64,000 bases of DNA from Azolla caroliniana (lineage: Eukaryota > Plantae > Polypodiophyta): positions 7,750,001-7,814,000 of the forward strand of contig JBHGNT010000017.1 of assembly GCA_043228905.1 (NCBI GenBank), written 5' to 3'. The stretch's first letter is position 1, and the number at the start of each line of letters is the position of its first letter. The position numbers and the translations under genes are program-made. This document shows, piece after piece, positions 11,780 to 23,417 of this stretch. Under the pieces are notes generated by a model. The model was not told the DNA's origin, did no database searches, and saw nothing but the letters and a program-made list of their open reading frames with translations.

Positions 11780-13504
11780 TGTAAAGAATCAAGTATGATT
11801 CTTGTGTAGCGGGAAAGATATGTGTTATGTGTATGTGTGAGAGAAAATCGAGAAGAGAAGAGAAGACACAAGATGGATAGATAGAATGGAAAATAGAATG
11901 CTCAAGAAGAAGACGATGTATATTCACAAGTAAATTAAGAGATACAATAATGTAGCATTACATGGAGTCACAACCGACTTAGTATGAAGTATGAGGAGTG
12001 GCTTTATATATAGTCACCCTCTCTCTTCATTAACTAACTACAACAACAACTCTCTCTTGATATGTGACTCATTACTTATGTGTCATAGAATATGATTCTA
12101 TGACACATAGTTAATGTGTAGAGAGTAGTGGTGTGACTCTTGACCTTTGAGTAATCATAGATTCTCAAAATGTGTGTTCACACGTTGCACTATGTTGAGC
12201 TTGATTCTCAACACGCCCCCTCAAGCTCAACTTGATGTCCACTTCGACTGGTATCCGGTTCGGACGATCTCCGGTTCTCGCTTGTACTCCCCCTCAAGCT
12301 TGGCAAGTCAGGAATCGTCAATCCAAGGTCCGACATGAATTGCCGAAGCTTATCGGCTCCTAGGGCCTTGGTGAAGATGTCGGTTGTTTGAAGATTTCAT
12401 GTTGATGTGTAGAAGATCGACATCTCCGGCCTGAACATGCTCTCGAATGAAATGGTAGTGCACTTCGATATGATTTGTGTGTGCGTGGAACACCGGGTTC
12501 CGAGCTAGATATGTACTGCTCATGTTGTTGCAGTAAATGGGATTCAGATCCTTGATGGGAACGCCTAGATCCTTCAAAATCCTCTTGAGCCGTACGGCTT
12601 CACATGCAGCTATGGTTGCGGCCTTGTATTCGACCTTCGTAATCAAAAGTGCGACGGTAGACTGCTTCTTACTACTCCAAGATATTGCTCCGCTACCGAG
12701 CGAGAAGACAAATCCGGAGGTCGATCGTCGATCAGCTCTATAGTTGGTCCAGTAGGCATCCGTGTACCCTTTGAGTCGAATTGGTGTGGCCGATGCATAG
12801 AGGATGTCGTAATCCATTGTGCCGCTCACGTATCGTAATACTCGCTTAACGCAATCGAAATGGATATCTCACAGAGTTTGCATGAATTGGCTAAGGAGGC
12901 CGACCGGATAGTTGAGGTCGGGTCGAGTGATCGTGAGGTAGATGAGGCTCCCGCTTAGTTGGCGATATTGAGTCGGCTCACACTCGTTTGTGCCGGAGTT
13001 GACATCTAGTTTGAGGTTTCGATCGAGAGGGGTTGCCACAAATTTGCACTCTGTCATCCCGATCTTGTATAATAAGTTGAGAATGTAGTGCCGTTGAGAG
13101 ATCATAATGCCGGTCGGAATCCGAATTACTTCGATGCCTAGGAAGTAATGAAGTTCCTTCATGTCTGTCATCTTGAATTTGTTGGAGAGGAGGGACCTTG
13201 TTGATGTCGACTAAACTTTCTCCTCCAATGACCAAATCATCCACGTATAGGATGATGACAATCGAGCTTCTAGAGTCGTTTCGTATGTAGAGGGAGTTGT
13301 CAGATTTCAACATTCGAAAGCCGATTTGATGAAGATATTGCGTAATCTTCAACTGCCAAGCACGCAGTGTTTGCTTGAGGCCGTAGAGAGGCTTCTTGAG
13401 TAGGCATATAGCTTTCGGATGAATCCTAGATTCAAAGGTGGGTGGGTGTACTATGTACACCTCCCTTCTAATTCGCCTTGAAGAAAGGCGTTCTTAACGT
13501 CTAT
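11780..13504 (-). mobile_element. Truncated Ty1/copia Copia-3 (3' LTR 11780..12213 plus RT/RH) inserted into Copia-2
   Basis: LTR ends form an imperfect inverted repeat (TGTAAAGAATCAAG / CTTGATTCTCAACA). PPT at 12214..12225. RT/RH fragments LYVDDLV and SWSSKKQ. The sequence breaks off at DVKNAFLQG (~13504). Confidence 0.85.
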
Positions 13505-13690
13505 TTTTAGCCAAAAAAACACGAGTACTATTAGTACTAAGTAATTATAAAAAAGTTTTTAAAATAATCGGAAAAATTTATAATCTTTTTAGGGATTGGG
13601 GTGGGGGTAGTGTTGGGGACAAGGTCGTCAGTGCGGAAGAACAAACAACATTTGTGATGTTGAAGGACCTGTGTATGAGAATGAAACAAG

Positions 13691-13743
<53 letters not shown>

Positions 13744-13748
<5 letters not shown>

Positions 13749-15482
13749 AGAAAGAAAGATATATTAATGTCTTCTAAGGCCAAATTTGGCCCATGAGACA
13801 ATTGGTTTACAACAAAAGAGTATTTATCCAGTCATCATAACTAAAATAAAATTAAGTAAAAATTAGAACTTAAACTAAAAGAGTTCTAGTAGTGTACAAT
13901 ATGTAGTATACTCGAAAGTGACTATACACTAAGCCTAATTTTATTTCCACCCAAGCCTCTCGAAAAGAAGTGGGGGGTCAAAGGGTCTTGATGTGGGTTC
14001 CAATGTAGAGAGTGCCCTAGCCATGGCTTTTAGGCGGTGTAGCTCACGTTCCCTTATTTTCAATATTGCTTCCACATCACGTCGAGTTGCTTTGAAACCC
14101 GGCACCCGAGGACGTCTGGTTCTTCTCTGGTTTTCTGCCTCATCAATGGAAAGGCCGAGTGGTGCAAGTGTGTCAGCATTTGTTGTCTCCTCATGTTCCT
14201 GAAAAACTTCATTTGTTACATGTTCGTGATCATTAGCAACATTATTGTCAACATTTTGTAACTTATTCTCTCTGTGTTGTTTTAGCTCTAGAATGTATTT
14301 GCCTAATTTCTTTATATCTAGAGTATCTAATAGTTTGGGGAGGGTGGGAGACGAACCAAGTATGTCTTGGTATTTTGCCCTTATCTCGGCATAGGTTGGA
14401 CACTTGCATGTAAAGTGGTACTCGTCCTCTATCTCTATGTGACATAACCTACATATCCTTTCCTCCCTAGGGACTCCACTAGTACGACCATTCTCAATCT
14501 CAAGTTGGTGAGATGATATTCTAAGTTGTCCAATGGCAACCCTTAGTGCATGTGGTAAGAATACATCTAGATATTTTGGCCGCGTGATAAAACCTAACTC
14601 AGAGAAGTGCACGAAGTGTTTCTTATAGTACAACATTTTAGATGGGAGTGGCTCTAGTGGGGTGATCCATTTACACCGAGTGTAAATTTCCCATATTTCT
14701 TGGCGTATTACTTTATTGCGGTCCTCATGAGAGATTAAAGTGTTATCACTCGTGTGGTTGTACCTAAGGGGAGGTAGGTTATTAATGTCTAGACCATTCG
14801 CAAGAAGCCAACTCACCATCATGCCATACCATGAGCTAGTATAGTCGGACTCATACAATGATCGAGAGGCCTTAAAGGCTTGATGAGATATTCTATCATG
14901 TGGTTGGCTATGTATCCTGTGAATGAAGACTACAAGTCGAAAAAGTGCCTCTACTAACATTGGGGGTAACGTGAACTCAGCCCTAATAATGTCATGTGGT
15001 ATAGTCGATTTGCTTCGGAGTTGGCGTGATAGCATCATCACCAATGGTCTCTCTAATTGCGTCCACATGAAAGATGGTAATCCTGGAGCCCAAACCGCTG
15101 ATGCATACATGAGGGAGGGGGTCACTAATGAGTCAAAGAGCCACCCTTTAGTCCGTGGCTCTTGAAAGTGTGCTTGGTGGCATTGTCTCTCTAGGAGTGA
15201 GAGGGATGCATGTCCTCTCGTGAGTCTATCCTTCGCTGCCTGTGTCATCGAAAATTTACCTAAGCGGGCACTAAAAGTGACTCCGAGATAGACGTATGAT
15301 CCAACCACCTCGACTGGGCTATGGGAGATAGTTAGGTGACACTTAGCTCTAACTTGGGCCAATGTGTGGAAGATAAGGACTTTCGTTTTCCCTAGATTCA
15401 CTACCAATCCTCGTTGTACACAAAAGTCATCTAAGGCATTAAGGTGCCTTTGTAGGTCGTGTTCAGATTCAGAGAGCAAAAC
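13744..15482 (-). mobile_element. 5'-truncated non-LTR retrotransposon (LINE, RTE-X/CR1-group-like) inserted in the (GA)n tract of the Copia-4 LTR
   Basis: Open frame from the RT C-terminus (LQRHLNALDDFC...VNLGKTKV...YVYLGV) to RISSHQLEIENGR...CRLC..EDEYHF.CKCP.Y, stop at 13941. The 3' UTR ends in a hairpin and a (TTTC)n tail, with (GA)n on both sides. Clade assignment is tentative. Confidence 0.88.
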
Positions 15483-17675
15483 GAGAGAGAGAGATAGGCA
15501 CAAAGAAACGTTTTATTTCTCAATAGCAACAGTTACAAAATGACAACCAACCGACTTTTACTAAAGGTTACAAAGTCACTATATATAGTGACTATCCTAG
15601 GGCAACTGCCCTTTGTGCTATTTACAGAAATAGCCCAAACTTGGGCAAAAGAGGACAGTGTGCTATACACTCGTATTCGACACTCCCCCGTAATGGGCGT
15701 ATACATGGGTTATACTAAAGTTATAGGTATGTACAAGGTGTTCGGACAGATCGGTTTTGTTCGAGTCGGTAGGATCCGAAGACTGAAGCCCGAACCGGCC
15801 GGGTCGGAATAGCTGAAGCTGATCCTTAAAGAACCGATGTCTGTTGTTCGAAACCATCATGTGTTGTGTGTCCGACTTTAACCTGACCGATTTTTCGTTA
15901 CGCCCATCTGGTGCCGAAGGGACCGAAAACGATCCGCCGAAAGACACTTGGTCATTCCATCTACGACATTATCGGTTGTGAATATTTTCTCGAGACCGAT
16001 TTTCCCTGAAATGATGTAGTCCCGAACGAAGTGATATCGAACGTCGATATGCTTGGAGGCGTTGTGGTGAACCGGATTCTTTGACAAAGCAACAACACCC
16101 TGACTGTCGCTGTAGACAATTGGAGCCGAGTCGAGGTCGACTTCTCGAAACGTGTACACCAGCCGACCGAGCCATAAAGCTTCTTTTGCCGCATCGGACG
16201 TAGCTACATATTCCGCTTCAGTCGTTGAGGTGGCTGTGCACTCCTAAAGTTTCGACTTCCACAAGATTGCTCCATTGCCGAATTGTTGATTTTTGACTAT
16301 CCACGCAGCCGACGAAGTCCGAGTCGGTGTAACCGACTACGCTTGAGGTTGAGTTCGGGCCAAAAAGAATGTCATGGTCTTTTGTGCCAGCTAGATATCT
16401 GAACACATGCTTGACTACGTTCCAGTGCGATTGGCTTGGGTTGTGCATGAATCTGTTGATGACTCCTACAACGTGAGAAATATCAGGCCGTGTTGCGACC
16501 ATCGCGTACATAAGGGAGCCGACTGCCGGTGCATACGGTACCGACTTCATATCTTCCCCCTCCAGACTAGATGTCGGGCAATCTCGCTGAGACAATCCAA
16601 GGTTAATGGGGAGCGGGGTCGAAGCAGACTTGGCCGAGTGCATGTTGAAGTGTTCCAAGACACGTTCGATGTTGTCGTTTATCGCGATGCCGACTAATCT
16701 TCATACCAAGTATGTGTCTTGCCGGACCAAGGTCCTTCATGGCAAACTTCAACTGCAGTTTCCGAACAAGTTCGGTGAGCTCTCCGGCATGTCAGCCGGA
16801 GAGTAGCATGTCGTCCACGTAAATGATGAGGAAGACGGGAGACCTGACTTGAGCTGTTTTGGTGAAGAGACAATGGTCCTCATCGCTCTTGGAGAAGCTG
16901 ACCGATTGGATGAAGTTGTCGAACTTTTTGTACCATTGTCGAGGTGCCTGTTTTAGGCCGTATAAACTCTTCCTGAGTCGGCAGACTAGATGTTCCTGGT
17001 CGGATGCCACAGCCTTTCGGCTGCTCCATATAGATTTCCTCTTGTAGGTCACCGTGGAGGAATGTCGTTTTTACATCTAGCTGGATCATCTCCAAGTTGT
17101 CGGCGGCCACGACGCTGAGCATGAAACAAAGGGTTGTCATTTTCACCACTGGTGAAAAGATTTCGTCGAAGTTGACGCCGTGTTCTTGATGATATCCCTT
17201 CGCAACTAGTCTGGCCTTGTACTTTGGGTTGGTCGAGTCGGACGTCTCTTTTAGTCGATAGACCCACTTGCACGGAAGAGCACGCCGATTCTCCAATAAT
17301 TCGACCAAGTCCCAAGTCTTGTTTGCGTGAATGGAGTGCATTTCCGACTCCATCGCCATATGCCAGGTGGCTGAGTCGGCAGATGCCGATGCTTCTTCAT
17401 AAGACGTCGGTAAAGAAAATTCCGGGAGAATACCTTTCCGGAGATTGCGACAGTCTCTCGGATCTTCGAGGTATGACTATACTGGTCGCACCGGGTATAG
17501 GTGTCGGATGGTCGGAAGCCGAGTCACTTGGCTGTGTTGAATCGGTGGATTCAGTGCGGGAGGTGTCCATTACCCGTGAAACCGATCTTGTGTTCTGGGC
17601 TGGGCCTTCATGAAGGGTTGGCATTTCGGAGAATATTACCCTTTGGACTTCAATAGGCCTTTCGGCCATTTTATG

Positions 17676-20600
17676 TGTTGAGCGGCAAGCTCAACTGGAG
17701 CCGGATCGACTGAATAAGCCTGAGCCGGCAAGCGAGACGGATCGGTAAGCTGTGAGCAACCGAGCTGGCAAGCAACAGAGCCGGTGAGCTGGGGAGCCGG
17801 TTAGCCAGATCCAATCAGTAACTGGAAGCCTAGTATTAGTGTAGACTACTAAGCAATTATAGTCTTGTAGTAAGTGTTAGATGCTCGTGTGAGCATTGAA
17901 GTACGCGGTACTTCTGTCAGTCCCACGAGGACTTGTATAAATAATGCTACTGAGCATAGTTGTATGTATAGAGTGTTTTTATCGTTTTTTCATATAGCCT
18001 TGAAGTTTTGCTCTCTCTGTCTCTCCCGTGTACTCTGTGTATTCTCTGCTTTCTCTATTTTCTAATGCTTCTGCAAGTAATCGTTTACATGGTATCAGAG
18101 CATGAGGGTTGAGAACCTTTGCAGCCGACAAACGCTTGAAAGCAAACCCTAACAGGTCGTAATAACAGTAGACAGAGAAGTGATGGATAGAGGAATGGCT
18201 AGCTCGCTCCCTGTGGAGAAACTCGACAGATCCAACTACGCATCTTGGTCGTACAAGATGCACTAGTACCTACTTGGGCATGGCTACTGGAGTTTCGTCG
18301 AAGGAGCCAACAAAACAGCACCTGATGCGACACATAAGGATTTCCCAGTGTGGGAACAATTGGCAAGTAGAGTGATGTACTACTTCGCGTCCAGTGTCGG
18401 AGACCAGCTGTTGAGCCACATCCGAGACGCCAAGACGCCGAAGGAGGCTTGGGGAAACCTGAAGAAGGTTTTTGCCACGAGCACTACAACCCGAAAGCTG
18501 CAACTCCGACAGGAGTTGAGCAATGTCCGACAGAAGGACATGTCAGTGGCGGATTATATGGCCCGGATCAAAGAGATCTATGACTCGCTTGCCTCTATCA
18601 ACGTTACTGTAGAGGAAGACGAGATGGTACAGGTCTGTCTTGGGGGCCTGGCGTCTAAGTTCAGAGCGTTCCGAACAGCGGTTTGTACAAGGGAGAATAC
18701 GTCGTCATTTTTCGACTTACAGTCGATGCTCCTTGTAGAGGAGAACCACGCCGGTGCGTCAACTAGCACACCCATTGATAGCCGGATGTTGTACACGGAA
18801 GCGGATCGGTCCCATGGGCGTGGTGGACGAGGCGGGTCGGCACGCAATGGAGGCTTCCGACAAGACCAGGAACAAAGGCACAGAGAACGTGCCGATAATA
18901 GTTCCGGACCCTCCGGGAGCAGGGGGAGTCATGGCGGCACAGGAAGATGGCAAGAGAAGACTGCAACGGAATGCTGGTACTGTGGCAAAAAGAGCCACAG
19001 AGAAAGCGAGTGCTGGAGAAAACGCGCCGATTCGGACAAATCCGGATCCGGCAAGGCCGGCAAGGATGGCCGGCAAAGCTCGCACTACGCGAAGGGATCG
19101 GGAGGATCCAAGAACGGTAACGGGCCAGCCTTGGTGATGAAGCACGAGGCGAACTCGATGAAGAAGACCACTTCCAAATCGGAGGAAGTGTGGTATGTTG
19201 ATTCTTGTACGTCGAACCACATGACGAGCCATAAAGAGTGGTTCTCCTTTTTGGAGAAACCGGATCAACCACGAGTATTCGAAACCGGAGATGACACTCG
19301 TCACCTAATTGTGCACGTCGGAGAAGTCCCTTTGAGCCACGTCAAACAGAAAGGGAAGCTGATGAACGTATTACACGTTCCGACAATCACGAAAAACCTG
19401 GTGTCGGTCAGACAGATCGTCGACCAGGGGATGCAGGTGCGGTTTACACACCTTGGGTGCTTCATCGAGGAAGAGGGCCAGATTATTGCGCAAGGGCGCA
19501 GAGACGGGAGGATGTTTATCCTCGACACCAATGACATCGGCACCGCTCTGTTTGCAAAAGGACAGAAGGTCGAATCGGACATTGACCTGTGGCACAAGCG
19601 GATAGGCCACGTCAATTACCGGAGGCTTCAAGACCTACAAACGAAACAAGTTGTTTTCGGTTTGCTGGAGTTTAGCGGCCGGAAGGCCCAAGTATGTGAA
19701 GCCTGCCAACTCGGGAAGCAACACCGGCTTCCATTCCCCACCGAACGTAACCAGAGCCGTAACAAGCTCGACCTTATCCATTCGAATGTGTGGGGACCGG
19801 CACAGAATGTTAGTCTTGGCGGGAGTCGATATTTCGTCTCCTTCATCGACGACTATACGCGGCACACATGGATCTACCTCATTGAGCTGAAGAGTGAAGT
19901 CTTTGAGTGTTTCCGAAGTCTCCAAAGCATGGTGGAACGGGAATTGAAGAGGAAGATCAAATGCCTGCGGTCGGATGGCGGAAAAGAGTACTTTTCCGGC
20001 CAATTCAACGATTATCTGCAACAAAAGGGAATTCGGTGAGAGTTCAGCTGCAGATACACACCGCAACAGAACGGTGTTGCTGAAAGGAAGAACCCGTCGC
20101 TTATTGATGCGGCAAGGGCAATGCTGGAGGAGAAGAGCATGCTCAAATTCTACTGGGCGGAGGCAGTCCGAACAACTGTCTACATCCAGAACCAGATCGG
20201 TGACAAGGTGTCAGCTCACGAGCTGTATTTCGGGCGCAAGCCGAATTTGAGACACCTTAAGATCTTCGGTAGCATTGCATATGTGCTTGTACCGGAAGAG
20301 AAGTGGAGGAAGCTGGATTCAAAATCGGGAAAATGCATCCTAATCGACAATGCTCAAGAGCAGAAGGGTTATAAGTGTTATAACCCCTGGACAAAGCAAT
20401 CCGAGTTAGTCAAGGTGTCGAGTTCAATGAATCGGCATCGTGGTACTCCTTACCGGCTCCAACTTCCGAATCCGACCCGGTGCTGGTGGATGAGGCTAGT
20501 GAGCCTGAATCGGCCCAGGTAAAGGATGATGAAGCGTGGACTCAGGATGAGAGTCCAGAATCGTTCCGGTTGAGCGGGCCAAATGAGAGACTCAGTCAAT

Positions 20601-23417
20601 CTGACCAGTCCGATGAGGAACTGGCGAGTAGTGGAGACTCTGCCGTGCAGTCCCCGCGCAAGGAATCGAGGCGACGGTTCACGCGCAAAGAGAAGGGGAA
20701 GAAGAAGATGGCGGAATTCGAAACTGGCAACGATGAGTCAGATTAGTGTGCATCCGACTCCGGCAAGGAGAAAGGAGGATCTTCAGCAACAAAGACTGAA
20801 CCGACCAAGAAGGGCCTCAAACCGGGTAACAATGAGTTACGTCGGTCCACCCGCTAGAAGGATCCCGTCAAGCAGTACGGGTACAATGAGTACATGGCGC
20901 ATCACTATGCATACATGACTAAGGTGGCGGAAGTGCGTGAGCCGGAGAGCTATGAAGAAGCAGCCAAGGACACCAATTGGCGTGCCGCTATGGAGGAAGA
21001 AATGCGGGCACTTGATGTCAACAAGACATAGTACCTGGTTGACCGTCCTTGTCATTGTAAACCGATCGGATGCAAGTGGATATACAAGGTAAAGTAATAC
21101 GCCGACAGTTCTGTTAACCAGTATAAAGCCCGGTTAGTCGCGACGGGATACGTGCAGACCCATGGAAACGACTACGATGAGACCTTCACTCTGGTAGCGA
21201 AGATGACGACGGTTCGTGTGGTGCTGGCGGTTGCTGCAGCAAGGGGGTGGCATCTTCACCAGATGGATGTGAAGAATGCGTTTCTTCAGGGTGATCTTGA
21301 AGAAGAAGTTTTTATGACTCAACCCCTCGGCTTTCCATCGGAGATGAACAAGTTGGCGGTATGCCGACTGAAGAAGTCGTTGTACGGCTTGAAGCAAGCC
21401 CCTTGAGCTTGGAATGCGAAGATCACGCATTGGTTGCGTAAGATGGGGTTTGTGGCCTCCAAATCAGACTCTTCGTTGTTCATCCTGCAAGGCTCAACCG
21501 GCCCGGTATGTATACTGCTGTATGTTGATGATCTAGTCATCACCGGACCGGGTGTTCCAGAAATCAACCGCATCAAGTCCCTGTTGTCGGATGCATTTGA
21601 GATGAAGGACCTGGGGGACCTTCATTATTTTCTTGGGATCGAGGTGATCCGAACCCCCGACGGCATATTACTCTCACGATGACATTACGTCTTCAATATG
21701 GTGTAGAAGTTCGGCATGACAGAATGCCGACCTGTCTCCACACCCTTGGACCAGAACCAGAAGCTTCGTCCTAACTCCGGTCCAGCCTGCAACGAGAAAC
21801 ACTTCCGACAAATTGTCGGAAGCCTTATTTACCTGACTATCACACGCCCTGACATCAGCTATCCGGTCGGGATGATAAGTCAGTTCATGTAGAAGCCGAC
21901 CGTGGGGCACCTCTAGTGTGCGCAACGGATCCTGCGATATGTAAGCGACACGAAGGACCGGGGACTGTTATACCGACGAGGTATAACCCAAGAGCTCGTC
22001 GGTTACACAGATGCCGATTGGGCCGATGATGCATCAGATTGCCGATCAACCTCTAGTTACATGTTTTCCCTAGGTAGCGCGGCTGTTGCGTGGAGCAGCA
22101 AAAAGCAGCCAACAGTTGCTCTGTCGAGCATTGAAGCTAAGTATCTGGGAGCTACCATTGCCACCTGTGAAGCCATTTGGCTTTGGCGACTGCTACAAGA
22201 CTTATGGATCAATGTACCGACCCCGATTCTGGTCTACTGCGACAACATAAGCAGCATATAACTCGCCAAGAACCATGTGTTCCATGCTCGCACGAAGCAC
22301 ATAGAAGTGCATTATCACTTTGTGCGTGAGCGGGTCTTGAGTGGTGAAGTTGAACTACGGTATGTTCACACAGATCGGCAAGTTGTCGACATCTTCACCA
22401 AGCCGCTCGGATCGGACAAGTTGCAGCACTTTACCGACATGCTTGGTGTTCAGCATCTTGACGTGCCACACTTGAGGGGGAGAACGGGTAGAGACACCGG
22501 AACGGGCAAAGGCAAAGAGACTGCCGATTGCGCCGGTGAGGGAAGAATAGAAGGCAGTAGAGTCAAGAAGGACAAAACCGACCGAAGGAAGATGGCCAAG
22601 ACCCGGACATGGTTCGATGTGGTGAAGGGCTGGAACAAATCGGGAGCAACGAATTCGGACAAGAGCTGGAACAAATCGGAGACAGTCGATTCGGTTCAAA
22701 AGACAGATTTGGAAGAACCGGATCAATTCAAGGCCAAGCATACACGGATGCAACGGAAGTCGATGCCATTGCGGAGAAACCGACGGATCGATAAGCGCCG
22801 GAGTCATAACAACGAAGGAGCTCAGAGGGGCCTATTGAGCAGACATACCGACCGAGAAGGTCGAGGCACACAAAACAAGAGGGGTCGCCGCAAACAGACC
22901 CGGACCGGATGAGGAGCGCAAGCAAGGAGAAGCGACGCTAGGAGAGGTTGGTTGGAAGAACCGACTGCCATAGAGACTGACACTAAGATCCAACCTCAAG
23001 TTGAGTTTGAGGGGGAGTGTTGAGCGGCAAGCTCAACTAGAGCCGGATTGACTGAATAAGCCTGAGCCGGCAAGTGAGACGGATCGGTAAGCTGTGAGCA
23101 ACCGAGCCGGCAAGCAACAGAGCCGGTGAGCTGGGGACCTGGTTAGCCGGATCCAATCAGTAACCGGAAGCCTAGTATTAGTGTAGACTACTAGGCAATT
23201 ATAGTCTTGTAGTAAGTGTCAGATGCTCCTGTGAGCATTGAAGTACGCGGTACTTTTGTCAGTCCCACGAGGACTTGTATAAATAATGCTACTAAGCATA
23301 GCGTTTTTATCCTTTTTTCATATAGCCTTGAAGTTCTTCTCTCTCTGTCTCTCCCATGTACTTTGTGTATTCTCTGCTTTCTCTGTTTTCTAATGCTTCC
23401 ACAAGTAATCGTTTACA
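17676..23417 (+). mobile_element. Full-length Ty1/copia Copia-5 nested in Copia-4; coding region disabled by several stops and frameshifts
   Basis: LTRs 17676..18089 and 23018..23417 (TG...CA), TSD TTATG at 17671..17675 and 23418..23422, PBS at 18090..18101, PPT TTGAGGGGGAG before 23018. gag starts ~18183, then PR-INT-RT-RH. Confidence 0.97.

Noticed and set aside
15483-15503. N-terminus MCLSLSL of ORF 13941..15503
   Set aside because: Comes from the LTR (CT)n flank; the LINE is 5'-truncated and has no real start.
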